Source of the DNA: a virus | Taxonomy: Duplodnaviria; Heunggongvirae; Uroviricota; Caudoviricetes | DNA: 52,323 bases | IMG/VR virus record: IMGVR_UViG_2563367002_000003 | Reading direction: 5' to 3' (one strand) | Part shown: positions 32,196 to 39,578 of the stretch, piece by piece | Position numbering within the stretch: the stretch's first letter is position 1 | How the letters are laid out: each line of letters starts with the position of its first letter | Position numbers and translations under genes: made by a program | Notes under the pieces: generated by a model | What the model was told of the DNA's origin: nothing | Databases searched by the model: none | The model's input: only the letters and a program-made list of their open reading frames with translations

Positions 32196-32663
32196 TTACT
32201 TCCGACACTGAGTGTCAATATATTCCTGTAACGCTCTCAATGATGCTTGATCTCTGATAATTCCGGATCTGATACCGAGAAGGTTTCGTCCAGCAATTGG
32301 AGAGAGTTCGACGGTGGCATCATTGCCCACGCTGGCGGTGCCGGAGGCTTTTGTTGTGGCTGGCACTGGACATCTGCCTTTGACGAGCACCCTACCACCA
32401 TTATCAAGCTTGCGCCGAAGAGCATCATTTTCAGCTTTCGCATCAGCTAACTCCTTCGTGTATTTAGCATCAAGTGCATCAGCATCACGCTGGCGCTGCT
32501 GCATGTCAGCGATGGTGGCGGTCAGCTGCTTCAGCTCACTGACTTTTTTATCACGCTGTTCTTTGTAGGTGATGGCGTTATCACGGTAATGATTGACCGC
32601 CCACGACAGGCAGACGATGATGCAGATAACCAGAGCATAAATAATCGCGGCGACTCTGCTCAC
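32196..32663 (-). CDS. i-spanin (lambda Rz homologue)
   Basis: close to lambda Rz over the full length ([34 protein letters not shown] ...); GTG start at 32663 overlapping endolysin stop. Confidence 0.8.
   Translation of the reverse strand: MSRVAAIIYALVICIIVCLSWAVNHYRDNAITYKEQRDKKVSELKQLTATIADMQQRQRDADALDAKYTKELADAKAENDALRRKLDNGGRVLVKGRCPVPATTKASGTASVGNDATVELSPIAGRNLLGIRSGIIRDQASLRALQEYIDTQCRK
32237..32443 (-). CDS. o-spanin (Rz1-like lipoprotein) embedded in the Rz frame
   Basis: 68 aa in +1 frame inside Rz; AAGGAG SD; lipobox VVGC and proline-rich region, as in lambda Rz1. Confidence 0.75.
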   Translation of the reverse strand: MRKLKMMLFGASLIMVVGCSSKADVQCQPQQKPPAPPAWAMMPPSNSLQLLDETFSVSDPELSEIKHH

Positions 32664-33193
32664 TGATCTATTCCCCAACAGGCTAATGCGCTTTCTTGGT
32701 CACGACGAATAACCTGTCCATAGCAGTTATTTGAACGTATGCGGCAATCGCGCCCACCATCTTTTATCCACCAGCGAATCGCCTCGCATGCGCCCTTACG
32801 ATCACCAGCATTCAGCCGCTTATAAAACGTCGATGGAAAACACTTACCGGGGCCAATGTTATAGGGACAAAATGACGCGATACCCGCTTTTTGTGGTTCG
32901 GTCAGTGGTACTTTAATATTGCGCTCCACCCATGCCAGCGCCTTATCACGCTCAATGGCGTTGACCTGGTCGCATTTTTCCTTCGACAGTTTCATACCGG
33001 GAAAAACGGGTTTTCCATCCACCATCGTGGCACCCCGACAGATGGTCCAGATGCCGGAACCATCGCGGTATGCCGTTGTGTGGTTACCTTCTTTTTCATC
33101 CAGAAACTGGTCGAGAATATCAGGCGCGGGCGCACCGACGGCAATCAGTGCCAGAACGGCAGCCGACAGGCCGTATCTGATTTTTGCGTTCAT
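32660..33193 (-). CDS. endolysin (phage lysozyme with N-terminal signal-anchor-release segment)
   Basis: 177 aa; N-terminal weakly hydrophobic Gly/Ala-rich segment followed by lysozyme catalytic region. Confidence 0.8.
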   Translation of the reverse strand: MNAKIRYGLSAAVLALIAVGAPAPDILDQFLDEKEGNHTTAYRDGSGIWTICRGATMVDGKPVFPGMKLSKEKCDQVNAIERDKALAWVERNIKVPLTEPQKAGIASFCPYNIGPGKCFPSTFYKRLNAGDRKGACEAIRWWIKDGGRDCRIRSNNCYGQVIRRDQESALACWGIDQ

Positions 33194-33256
33194 GGATATT
33201 TATCAGGATTTATCGGTTTCTGCCCACGGACAGGTTTATCTGTTCCGGTCAGTGAC

Positions 33257-33607
33257 TTAAGGTTGTGATTCCGGAGGAGTCTTCAGAGAACCAGTAATTC
33301 TTCCTGGTAGCTTTCCTTTGTAGGTTATCCACACATTCTGCGCCTCTAAAATTACGGGGCGCTTTTCCGGCGACTGCTCATCCCCTTCACATAACCCGGC
33401 AGCAACATCCAGGAAGACCTGTCTGATGCTCCTTCTGGCTGCTGCCTCATAAAACCCCAGCGCGGCACCTTCAACACGGTCCAGCGAGATGTCCAGGTCA
33501 AAAATTTCACCGTCAAAGCGTTTTTTGTCCCGTAACGCTAAAGTTACCGTAACTTTATTCTCAAAATTGCGGATCCCTTTCACAATCAGTTCATAGTTTT
33601 GAGTCAT
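33257..33607 (-). CDS. hypothetical protein inside lysis cassette
   Basis: 116 aa; GGAGAG SD 9 nt upstream of ATG at 33607; inserted between holin and endolysin. Confidence 0.5.
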   Translation of the reverse strand: MTQNYELIVKGIRNFENKVTVTLALRDKKRFDGEIFDLDISLDRVEGAALGFYEAAARRSIRQVFLDVAAGLCEGDEQSPEKRPVILEAQNVWITYKGKLPGRITGSLKTPPESQP

Positions 33608-33611
33608 TGAA

Positions 33612-33827
33612 TTACTCTCCCCGTGCAGCCTTACGACGGTCCTCTCTGATTTTGAAATACAGGTTAGTCAGATATGTCAGGAAGCCCAGAACCAGACTCC
33701 CCAGTACACCAATCGCAGCCCACTGTGACGGACTGACCTGATCAAGCCACTGTAAAAACCAGTAGCCAGCACTGCCTGCGGAGGTGCCGTAGGCAATGCC
33801 CGTTGAAATTTTATCCATGGATTTCAT
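33612..33827 (-). CDS. holin (phage-21 S-type pinholin) with dual-start motif
   Basis: 71 aa from ATG at 33827 ([71 protein letters not shown]), GGAGGTG SD; second Met three codons in gives the classic holin/antiholin pair; track ORF is N-extended. Confidence 0.85.
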   Translation of the reverse strand: MKSMDKISTGIAYGTSAGSAGYWFLQWLDQVSPSQWAAIGVLGSLVLGFLTYLTNLYFKIREDRRKAARGE

Positions 33828-33996
33828 AGCCTCACCTCCGCAGCGAACGGATGGCGTAGTTATAAGGGGAGCGAAAAAGAAAGAATGCGCGATTGCGCAA
33901 TATGGTAACGTCAGGGTATTATCCACTGGCTGAATAGATCACTTCACGTTTTTTGTTCCTTGCCGCCCGTATCCATATGCGGGCTTTTTTTTGCAT

Positions 33997-34028
33997 GTAA
34001 AAAGGCCCCAACACATGTGCGTGGGGCC
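33997..34028 (-). terminator. rho-independent terminator in late leader (tR'-like)
   Basis: minus-strand hairpin GGCCCCA-(11 nt)-TGGGGCC followed by TTTTT; lies between tRNA cluster and holin; an opposite-polarity terminator-like hairpin sits adjacent at 33962-33992. Confidence 0.5.
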
Positions 34029-34267
34029 TGAGAGTATACATGGTTTCAGTCAACTGCATGGTGCCGGGTGCCTCCCGGTGAATTCAGTACCAGCACCTGA
34101 ATCCGCGATTATCCCATATACCTACTCGCTGATTGCCCCTCCGCACAGGGGGATTCACCATGCCAGTTTCTTTTAACAAACTCCCCGCAAAACAGACAAC
34201 TGTCAACCGTCTGAATTGTGAGACATTTAAAAAAAAGGCCCGCAAAAGCGAGCCGGGAAAAATAAGT

Positions 34268-34344
34268 CTGGCGCGTTGTACTGGATTCGAACCAGTGACC
34301 GATTGCTTAGAAGGCAATTGCTCTGTCCGGTTGAGCTAACAACG
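34268..34344 (-). tRNA. tRNA-Arg (anticodon UCU), phage-encoded
   Basis: 77 nt ending CCA; manual fold gives 7-bp acceptor stem, T-loop GGTTCGAATCC, anticodon loop CTTCTAA; closely resembles host argU. Confidence 0.8.
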
Positions 34345-34357
34345 CAGGGTACAGATA

Positions 34358-34434
34358 ATGGACCGCCATCGAGGACTCGAACCCCGCGCAACCAGCTTCG
34401 AAGGCTGGTGCTCTATCCTGATGAGCTAATGGCG
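34358..34434 (-). tRNA. tRNA-Arg (anticodon UCG), phage-encoded
   Basis: 77 nt ending CCA; perfect 7-bp acceptor stem (C1-G72), D-stem GCTC/GAGC, anticodon loop CTTCGAA, T-loop TTCGAGT. Confidence 0.7.
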
Positions 34435-34441
34435 GTATGTG

Positions 34442-34517
34442 ATGGTGGCCCTTGCTGGATTTGAACCAGCGACCTGGCGATTATGAGTCGCTCGCTCTCA
34501 CCTCTGAGCTAAAGGGC
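34442..34517 (-). tRNA. tRNA with CAU anticodon, ileX-like (tRNA-Ile2 read as AUA after lysidine modification, or Met)
   Basis: 76 nt ending CCA; near-identical to host ileX in acceptor, anticodon (loop CTCATAA) and T arms. Confidence 0.75.
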
Positions 34518-34650
34518 CGGGCGCAGGATAATAACGTTACGAAATCAATGTTGCAAGCATTCAAAAATCACCTGGTTAAAAATCACCCTTAGCTCCTCCA
34601 CCAGCGCATTCACCATGTCTATCCGAGATAAGTGGCACAAAAAAACCCGC

Positions 34651-34672
34651 TTGTGGGCGGGTTTTGTTTGCT
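34651..34672 (-). terminator. terminator-like hairpin downstream of Q-like gene
   Basis: AAACCCGC-TTGTG-GGCGGGTTTT flanked by A-run and T-run; between Q-like stop and first tRNA. Confidence 0.45.
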
Positions 34673-34728
34673 TTTGCCATCACGTACAAAATCGGCAAAA
34701 TATCAGATTTGCATGAAATATATGCCTT

Positions 34729-35418
34729 TCAATCTACTTTTGCAACACTTTGCTTTGAAAATGCCGCCTTTTGTTTTGAACGTGTTCTCATTACAAACAA
34801 TAAAGCCTCACTATCCAGTCGTTGAAAAATGTGTTTCATTGCAACCCAGTGACGAGTAAATGTTTTGGACCAGTTTTTAGTTGTCACTCCCGCCAGTAAT
34901 GCCAGCTCCTGGTATTCATAACCTTCCCCACCAAAAAGTTCTGCTTTTACTGCCTGCGCCGCCAGCCAGATTAATTTTTTCAGGCGTTCCTGCGTTTTCC
35001 CTGCAATTTTTCTGGTACCGGATTGAGTATTAAATTCATTCCACGCCCACTGTGTTATCGCGATCTGATATTCCCAACAAATACTCTCGCCGTAACACCA
35101 CAACAACCAGGCTTTATGATGCTCTTCAAGAGACAGCAAAGCCCGCCGCCATGATGATGTCGAAAACTCAACCGGGCTGACCAGGGCAATTGATGAGCCA
35201 TTCGCCAGTGATTGTTTTCCCGGGATTGGTGGATTATCCCGCGTTATCATTTTTCCAGTCACTTCATCGCGGTACCGGATTTTTTTTCGCCTGTAACGCC
35301 CTGTATCGAACATGGCATTCTCCTGCCAGGCTTCAAGCTGACCTTTTGTTGCCCCACTCAAATCAGCGGTGGCGATAATGAGCTGCTCACGCACAAACTG
35401 TAAATACTGGTTATTCAT
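34729..35418 (-). CDS. putative late-gene antiterminator (Q-like) by position
   Basis: 229 aa from ATG at 35418 (GGAG SD; ATGA overlap with rusA stop); last early gene before tRNAs and lysis genes; sequence family not confirmed. Confidence 0.5.
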   Translation of the reverse strand: MNNQYLQFVREQLIIATADLSGATKGQLEAWQENAMFDTGRYRRKKIRYRDEVTGKMITRDNPPIPGKQSLANGSSIALVSPVEFSTSSWRRALLSLEEHHKAWLLWCYGESICWEYQIAITQWAWNEFNTQSGTRKIAGKTQERLKKLIWLAAQAVKAELFGGEGYEYQELALLAGVTTKNWSKTFTRHWVAMKHIFQRLDSEALLFVMRTRSKQKAAFSKQSVAKVD

Positions 35419-35780
35419 GCGCACTCCAGTTCTGTGATTTTTATCCCCAGCCGCCCACCAGGAACGAGCTGACCGCGCACAATATTGATTTCATCAAACT
35501 GCTCGTCGTCTATAAGTAGTCCGGCATGCGTCAGCGCATCCAGTGGTGCCTTCAGGATATTGTCCAGGTCACGACGGCGCTTATCCGGTGGCTCTGCAAT
35601 AATCTTTATCGCCAGCCTTCCGGACAGGTTTAATTTCAGCCGCTGCTGGCGAACAATTAGCGCCACATCACGGCGATAACGCTTTCCGGCCTCCGAGATG
35701 AAATACGTATTGCCATGACGTCGCCAGTAGGTATTCACCGTCGGCGGGTAAGGCAAAACAAATTCTATGCGTTCAGTCAT
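35415..35780 (-). CDS. rusA: Holliday-junction resolvase RusA
   Basis: 121 aa (MTERIEFVLPYPPTVNTYWRR ... RRDLDNILKAPLDAL ...), characteristic RusA motifs. Confidence 0.85.
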   Translation of the reverse strand: MTERIEFVLPYPPTVNTYWRRHGNTYFISEAGKRYRRDVALIVRQQRLKLNLSGRLAIKIIAEPPDKRRRDLDNILKAPLDALTHAGLLIDDEQFDEINIVRGQLVPGGRLGIKITELECA

Positions 35781-36836
35781 TCATGCTTTCCACTTCAGGA
35801 CACCCGAATTTCTCGCGTGCATTAAAAAACGAATCAGCAACAACAGCTGGCTGCCGTGTTTTTCTTCAAAATCTTTTACCCCGGCGTGCAGTTCGTTATG
35901 ACATTTACGGCACAGCGGAATAACAAACAAATCATCAGCCTTTGTTCCCATCCCTCCCAGTCCATGACCAATGATGTGATGCGGATCATCTGCCTGATTA
36001 CCGCACGTCATGCATTTCTGCGTTTTTACCCAGCGCGTGTATACAGGCATCTCTTCCCGTTGTGGTTTCTGGCGCTGGAGATACTGAGCCGGTGACTCCG
36101 GATCAACAGCAATGCTGACCACCGTCTTTTCCTGTGGCGGGTTTTGCTGGTGGGCGTGAGGCAGCGGCGCAAGATTTTTTGTGCGCTGCTTCAGTATGCT
36201 GGTGGCGGTCTGCTCTCCCGGTACGATGTCGCTTTCACGGTACATTGAACGGATTTTTTCCGCACGCAACCCCAGCGAACGACGTAATACCGCTTCCGGT
36301 AGCGCGTCCGCCACCTGATTGCGGACCGCCCACCAGGATAATTCAGCCAGAGATAATTCACGCTCCTGCGTACCGCTTATTGCGTGACCGATGACGTCAA
36401 TCATCCATGCTGACAGGTTTTGATGAGCAAGTTGCTCGAGTGATTCGGATGTCTGGTCACGCAGCTGGTTGTCGCAGTGCCAGCACAACACCATTGCGCC
36501 GGTACCATAACGGTGAATGACGGTTTCGCTGTGATGATAATCGCCGTGTGGCCACTGGCAGGATTTAATATGGCGCAACAGCCAGTCAGACAATGCACCA
36601 GCACCACCAGCAGCACGAATCACCCGTGCGTTACTGAAAAACGGCAGCAATGTTTTGTCTTCCACCAGCGGCTGGCGAGCGGCAGGAACGACCCCGGACG
36701 GCAGATTACGCATGCTTTTTGGTTCCGGCTCCACCAGTATTCTGCCGTTATGGAATGCTGACATTGATTCACGGCCTGGCTTAACGATAACCAGACCGAG
36801 TTCCGGTACCAGAACAGGTCGAAGTAATACCCGCAC
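35781..36836 (-). CDS. DUF968-type phage protein (YdfU-like) with C-terminal HNH-like zinc motif
   Basis: 351 aa; C-terminal CMTCGNQADDPHHIIGHGLGG ... CRKCHNELH; GTG start abutting upstream stop; Qin-like position before rusA. Confidence 0.7.
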   Translation of the reverse strand: MRVLLRPVLVPELGLVIVKPGRESMSAFHNGRILVEPEPKSMRNLPSGVVPAARQPLVEDKTLLPFFSNARVIRAAGGAGALSDWLLRHIKSCQWPHGDYHHSETVIHRYGTGAMVLCWHCDNQLRDQTSESLEQLAHQNLSAWMIDVIGHAISGTQERELSLAELSWWAVRNQVADALPEAVLRRSLGLRAEKIRSMYRESDIVPGEQTATSILKQRTKNLAPLPHAHQQNPPQEKTVVSIAVDPESPAQYLQRQKPQREEMPVYTRWVKTQKCMTCGNQADDPHHIIGHGLGGMGTKADDLFVIPLCRKCHNELHAGVKDFEEKHGSQLLLLIRFLMHARNSGVLKWKA

Positions 36837-36837
36837 A

Positions 36838-37116
36838 TTACCTCCAGATCCGTTGCTGGAATGTGCGGGACGGACGCGCTGGCCGTTCGGAGTAAGGGAG
36901 CCTGACGGAGATTATCCAGTGACGGTAGTCGAGGCTAAGGGCTTTTTTAACCTCGCATCCGCGCCTGCGGTAACACTGAATGAGCCATTCGGCCTGTTCT
37001 TCAGTGCATGGGGGATGCTGGTACCAGTCAGATTTGAATGCGTGAAAACACCGTCCGCGCCTGCTGGCAAAGACGGCAGAATCATCAGAATTGTATAATT
37101 TGGTATCGTGCGCCAT
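36838..37116 (-). CDS. hypothetical small phage protein
   Basis: 92 aa, Cys/His/Trp-rich (CFHAF ... PPCTEEQAEWLIQCYRRRGC); no clear SD. Confidence 0.4.
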   Translation of the reverse strand: MAHDTKLYNSDDSAVFASRRGRCFHAFKSDWYQHPPCTEEQAEWLIQCYRRRGCEVKKALSLDYRHWIISVRLPYSERPARPSRTFQQRIWR

Positions 37117-37185
37117 CGGTTGTCTCTGCTGGCGCAGCAGGTGCCAGTTGTTCAGGCTGGCCTGTGGATTGTAAACCAGAATACG

Positions 37186-37211
37186 TAAAACAAAAACCCG
37201 CCGAGGCGGGT
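37186..37211 (-). terminator. rho-independent terminator closing the cargo operon
   Basis: minus-strand hairpin CCCGCC-TC-GGCGGG followed by TTTTTGTTTT, 12 nt after the HTH-ImmA stop; near-identical to hairpin at 39057-39077. Confidence 0.55.
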
Positions 37212-37222
37212 ATGAATGAGAA

Positions 37223-38368
37223 TTATTTTTGTTTTATGGTAAATGAAATAACATTGTCAGAATGAATCATATCTGATTCTTTAAATCGTGTAATTGCAGA
37301 TAACTCATTTAAAGGAAGAGCAAAGATATCAGTTAACTCAGTTACCTTTATGATTGAATGCTTATCAAGAAGTAAAAGTAACTTATTAAGTAACTCAGGC
37401 TCTTCTTTTGGGATTGCATCATCTAACGGCTCCCTACGATGGAATGGCGCTAATTGCTTAAATATATAGCTTTTCTGATTATCGCTAATTAACTTAAGGC
37501 TATGACTCCTCATGGCAATACTACCGATAGATGTAATCCAACGTAGTTTTAATCGTTCTAACGCTGATAAATTTGGACTATAAAATTCACGCCCGAAAGT
37601 CGTGGCTGGCATTAAAAAGCTGGAGGCAAAATAATCGGCCTGCAACTCCACTAGGTCGAATAATTCTTTATCATTCAGGTAGTCATCCTCCACTGCCCTA
37701 TGCATAATTAAATGGCCAAGTTCATGAGCAAGACTAAATCGCATGCGAACAGCCGTCTTCGAGCTATCTAACATAATTAAAGGCCGCCCATTATGCCAGA
37801 ACGAAAAGGCATCAACTTTCTCACCAGAAGGTAAATGAGAAACCACGATTCCTTTATTTTCAACAAGTCTAGTTAAATTGAGTATTGGACCATCACCTAA
37901 CCCCCAAAAACGCCTTAATTGGGTGGACATATCCTCAATATCAGATAGAGACAGAACCTCAAAATCAATAATATCGAATTCAGGCAGAACCACATCTGGT
38001 AATTGAGCATATTTTAGACATTCATCCAATATTAATGCCGCCCAACGCCCACGTGTTTTCCCTGTAACTCGAGCCTTTTTGGTCGCAGTTGAACGACTTC
38101 TAAAATGAATCGCCCCCTCCAGAGATGGAGAAGCACTGGAGGCTAAGAAAAATCGTTCTGGAAATCCTAACACCTTGGCTATTGCAGAAAGTGTATCAGC
38201 AGAGGGAGACTTCAACCCCTTCTCAAATGACGAAATAGCTTGTCTTGAAATATTGAGCACTCTGGCAAGTTCAGCCATCGTCAACCCTTTTGCCTCTCTT
38301 GCCTCCTCAAGGCGACGAGGATTAAACGATTTATCAGTAAATGGTGTTTGTGCGATATTCATGCTCAT
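37223..38368 (-). CDS. fused HTH-XRE DNA-binding / ImmA-IrrE-type zinc metallopeptidase regulator
   Basis: 381 aa; N-terminal HTH (LTMAELARVLNISRQAISSFEKG); HEXXH motif HELGHLIMH near aa 215; AT-rich; ATGA overlap with upstream gene. Confidence 0.75.
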   Translation of the reverse strand: MSMNIAQTPFTDKSFNPRRLEEAREAKGLTMAELARVLNISRQAISSFEKGLKSPSADTLSAIAKVLGFPERFFLASSASPSLEGAIHFRSRSTATKKARVTGKTRGRWAALILDECLKYAQLPDVVLPEFDIIDFEVLSLSDIEDMSTQLRRFWGLGDGPILNLTRLVENKGIVVSHLPSGEKVDAFSFWHNGRPLIMLDSSKTAVRMRFSLAHELGHLIMHRAVEDDYLNDKELFDLVELQADYFASSFLMPATTFGREFYSPNLSALERLKLRWITSIGSIAMRSHSLKLISDNQKSYIFKQLAPFHRREPLDDAIPKEEPELLNKLLLLLDKHSIIKVTELTDIFALPLNELSAITRFKESDMIHSDNVISFTIKQK

Positions 38369-38979
38369 GATTGCTGTGATTTAATTATTTGTTCGGTAAG
38401 AATCTTGATTTTATCTTCAATCTCAGAATCCACATTTTCTGCTTCAACTTCTACCATCGTCATAATTGGTAAAGACTCAGTATAAAGAATCCCGTAATTA
38501 TCCGAAGAAGGAACAGTTAAATTCAGTTTGGACAAGTGCTGATTACTGCCATCATGTAACATATAAACATGTCCACCAGACGCTCTCCCATCCAGGGAGT
38601 CGGCATTTTCATCCCCAAAATTCAATTCATAATTTTGATTAGCGTAAACAGCTCTATACAATGCCTGCTTAGGAAGTGGCGCATTACCCGATAAATGATG
38701 TGCCGTCATTTTCCAGTTGTTCGAGTGAATCGCAATGTGTTTACAATTTTTAGCAGCATTGCTACCGACTTCAAAATCCAGCCCCACACGCTTAGCCGCA
38801 TTCTCAAGCAATGCATCGGCATAAAACCAGCGCAAATATGACTGTGCTTGAGCCCAAAAAGAACCAAACTCTTTTGCCTTCATATGCGAATGAAGATAAG
38901 CCTGTGCTAACGCGATCGAAAGCTCTTTGCGGCACTCCTTGTCATATGCTTCTAACAACTGTTGAGATAAATTCTGCAT
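38365..38979 (-). CDS. hypothetical protein, upstream partner of the HTH-ImmA gene
   Basis: 204 aa; AAGGA upstream of ATG at 38979; AT-rich; no family recognised. Confidence 0.6.
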   Translation of the reverse strand: MQNLSQQLLEAYDKECRKELSIALAQAYLHSHMKAKEFGSFWAQAQSYLRWFYADALLENAAKRVGLDFEVGSNAAKNCKHIAIHSNNWKMTAHHLSGNAPLPKQALYRAVYANQNYELNFGDENADSLDGRASGGHVYMLHDGSNQHLSKLNLTVPSSDNYGILYTESLPIMTMVEVEAENVDSEIEDKIKILTEQIIKSQQS

Positions 38980-39056
38980 GACCGTAATATCCTTGTTGTT
39001 TTGGTGTCAACCATATTTCCATTTAACATAGACTTTGTCAACCAGATAGATGCTAG

Positions 39057-39077
39057 AAAAACCCGCCGAAGCGGGTT
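39057..39077 (-). terminator. terminator-like hairpin downstream of hok gene
   Basis: minus-strand ACCCGC-TTCG-GCGGGT followed by TTTTC; between hok and the cargo operon. Confidence 0.45.
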
Positions 39078-39145
39078 AAGCGCGGGTGCATTGAGGATGC
39101 CTGACTCATCAGAGGTGGCGAGGGATTTCTCCCCCGCCAGGTCTC

Positions 39146-39301
39146 TTACTCCTCAGGTTCGTAAGCTGTGAAGACAGCGACCTCCGTCTGGCCGGTTCGG
39201 ATTCGTACCTCGCAGAGGTCTTTCCTCGTTACCAGTGCCGTCACAATGACGGTTAAACAGATGACGATCAGGGCGATTAGCATCGCCTTTTGCTGCTTCA
39301 T
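39146..39301 (-). CDS. hokD: Hok/Gef-family type I toxin (HokD/RelF-like)
   Basis: 51 aa from ATG at 39301: MKQQKAMLIALIVICLTVIVTALVTRKDLCEVRIRTGQTEVAVFTAYEPEE, matching HokD as I recall it; longer in-frame upstream ORF to 39358 is the mok-like leader. Confidence 0.8.
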   Translation of the reverse strand: MKQQKAMLIALIVICLTVIVTALVTRKDLCEVRIRTGQTEVAVFTAYEPEE

Positions 39302-39578
39302 AGCCTGCTTCTCCTTGCCTTTCGGCGCGTAAGAGGCTAACCTAGATTTGCCGTTCATAGATTGAGCCTCAGATTAATGTTAAGCGTCTTGCAGGACGCG
39401 TAAGGTTAACTGGGGCTTTTCTCTATCTGCCTTTGGTGTTCATGCCTGAGACAGATAGCCTCAAGCACCCGCAGCCATTCTACTTAACTCCCGTCACCTC
39501 GCCAATATGAAATCAATCAGAAAGGCGAACCATAAGAGCAATAGCAAAACAATAAGGCCCGCATGGTCGTACAAAGAC

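Noticed and set aside
33830-34267. Shiga toxin or other toxin genes between the phage tRNAs and the holin
   Set aside because: Only ~440 bp of non-coding, terminator-rich sequence is present; no ORF of toxin size.
34268-34344. Possible amber-suppressor tRNA (anticodon CUA)
   Set aside because: An initial mis-registered fold gave CUA; a correct 7-bp acceptor and 5-bp anticodon stem places the loop as CTTCTAA, so the anticodon is UCU (Arg).
39146-39358. 70-aa ORF as the hok coding sequence
   Set aside because: The conserved Hok protein starts at the internal ATG (39301) with its own SD; the longer frame is the mok-like leader, so the hok CDS is annotated from 39301.
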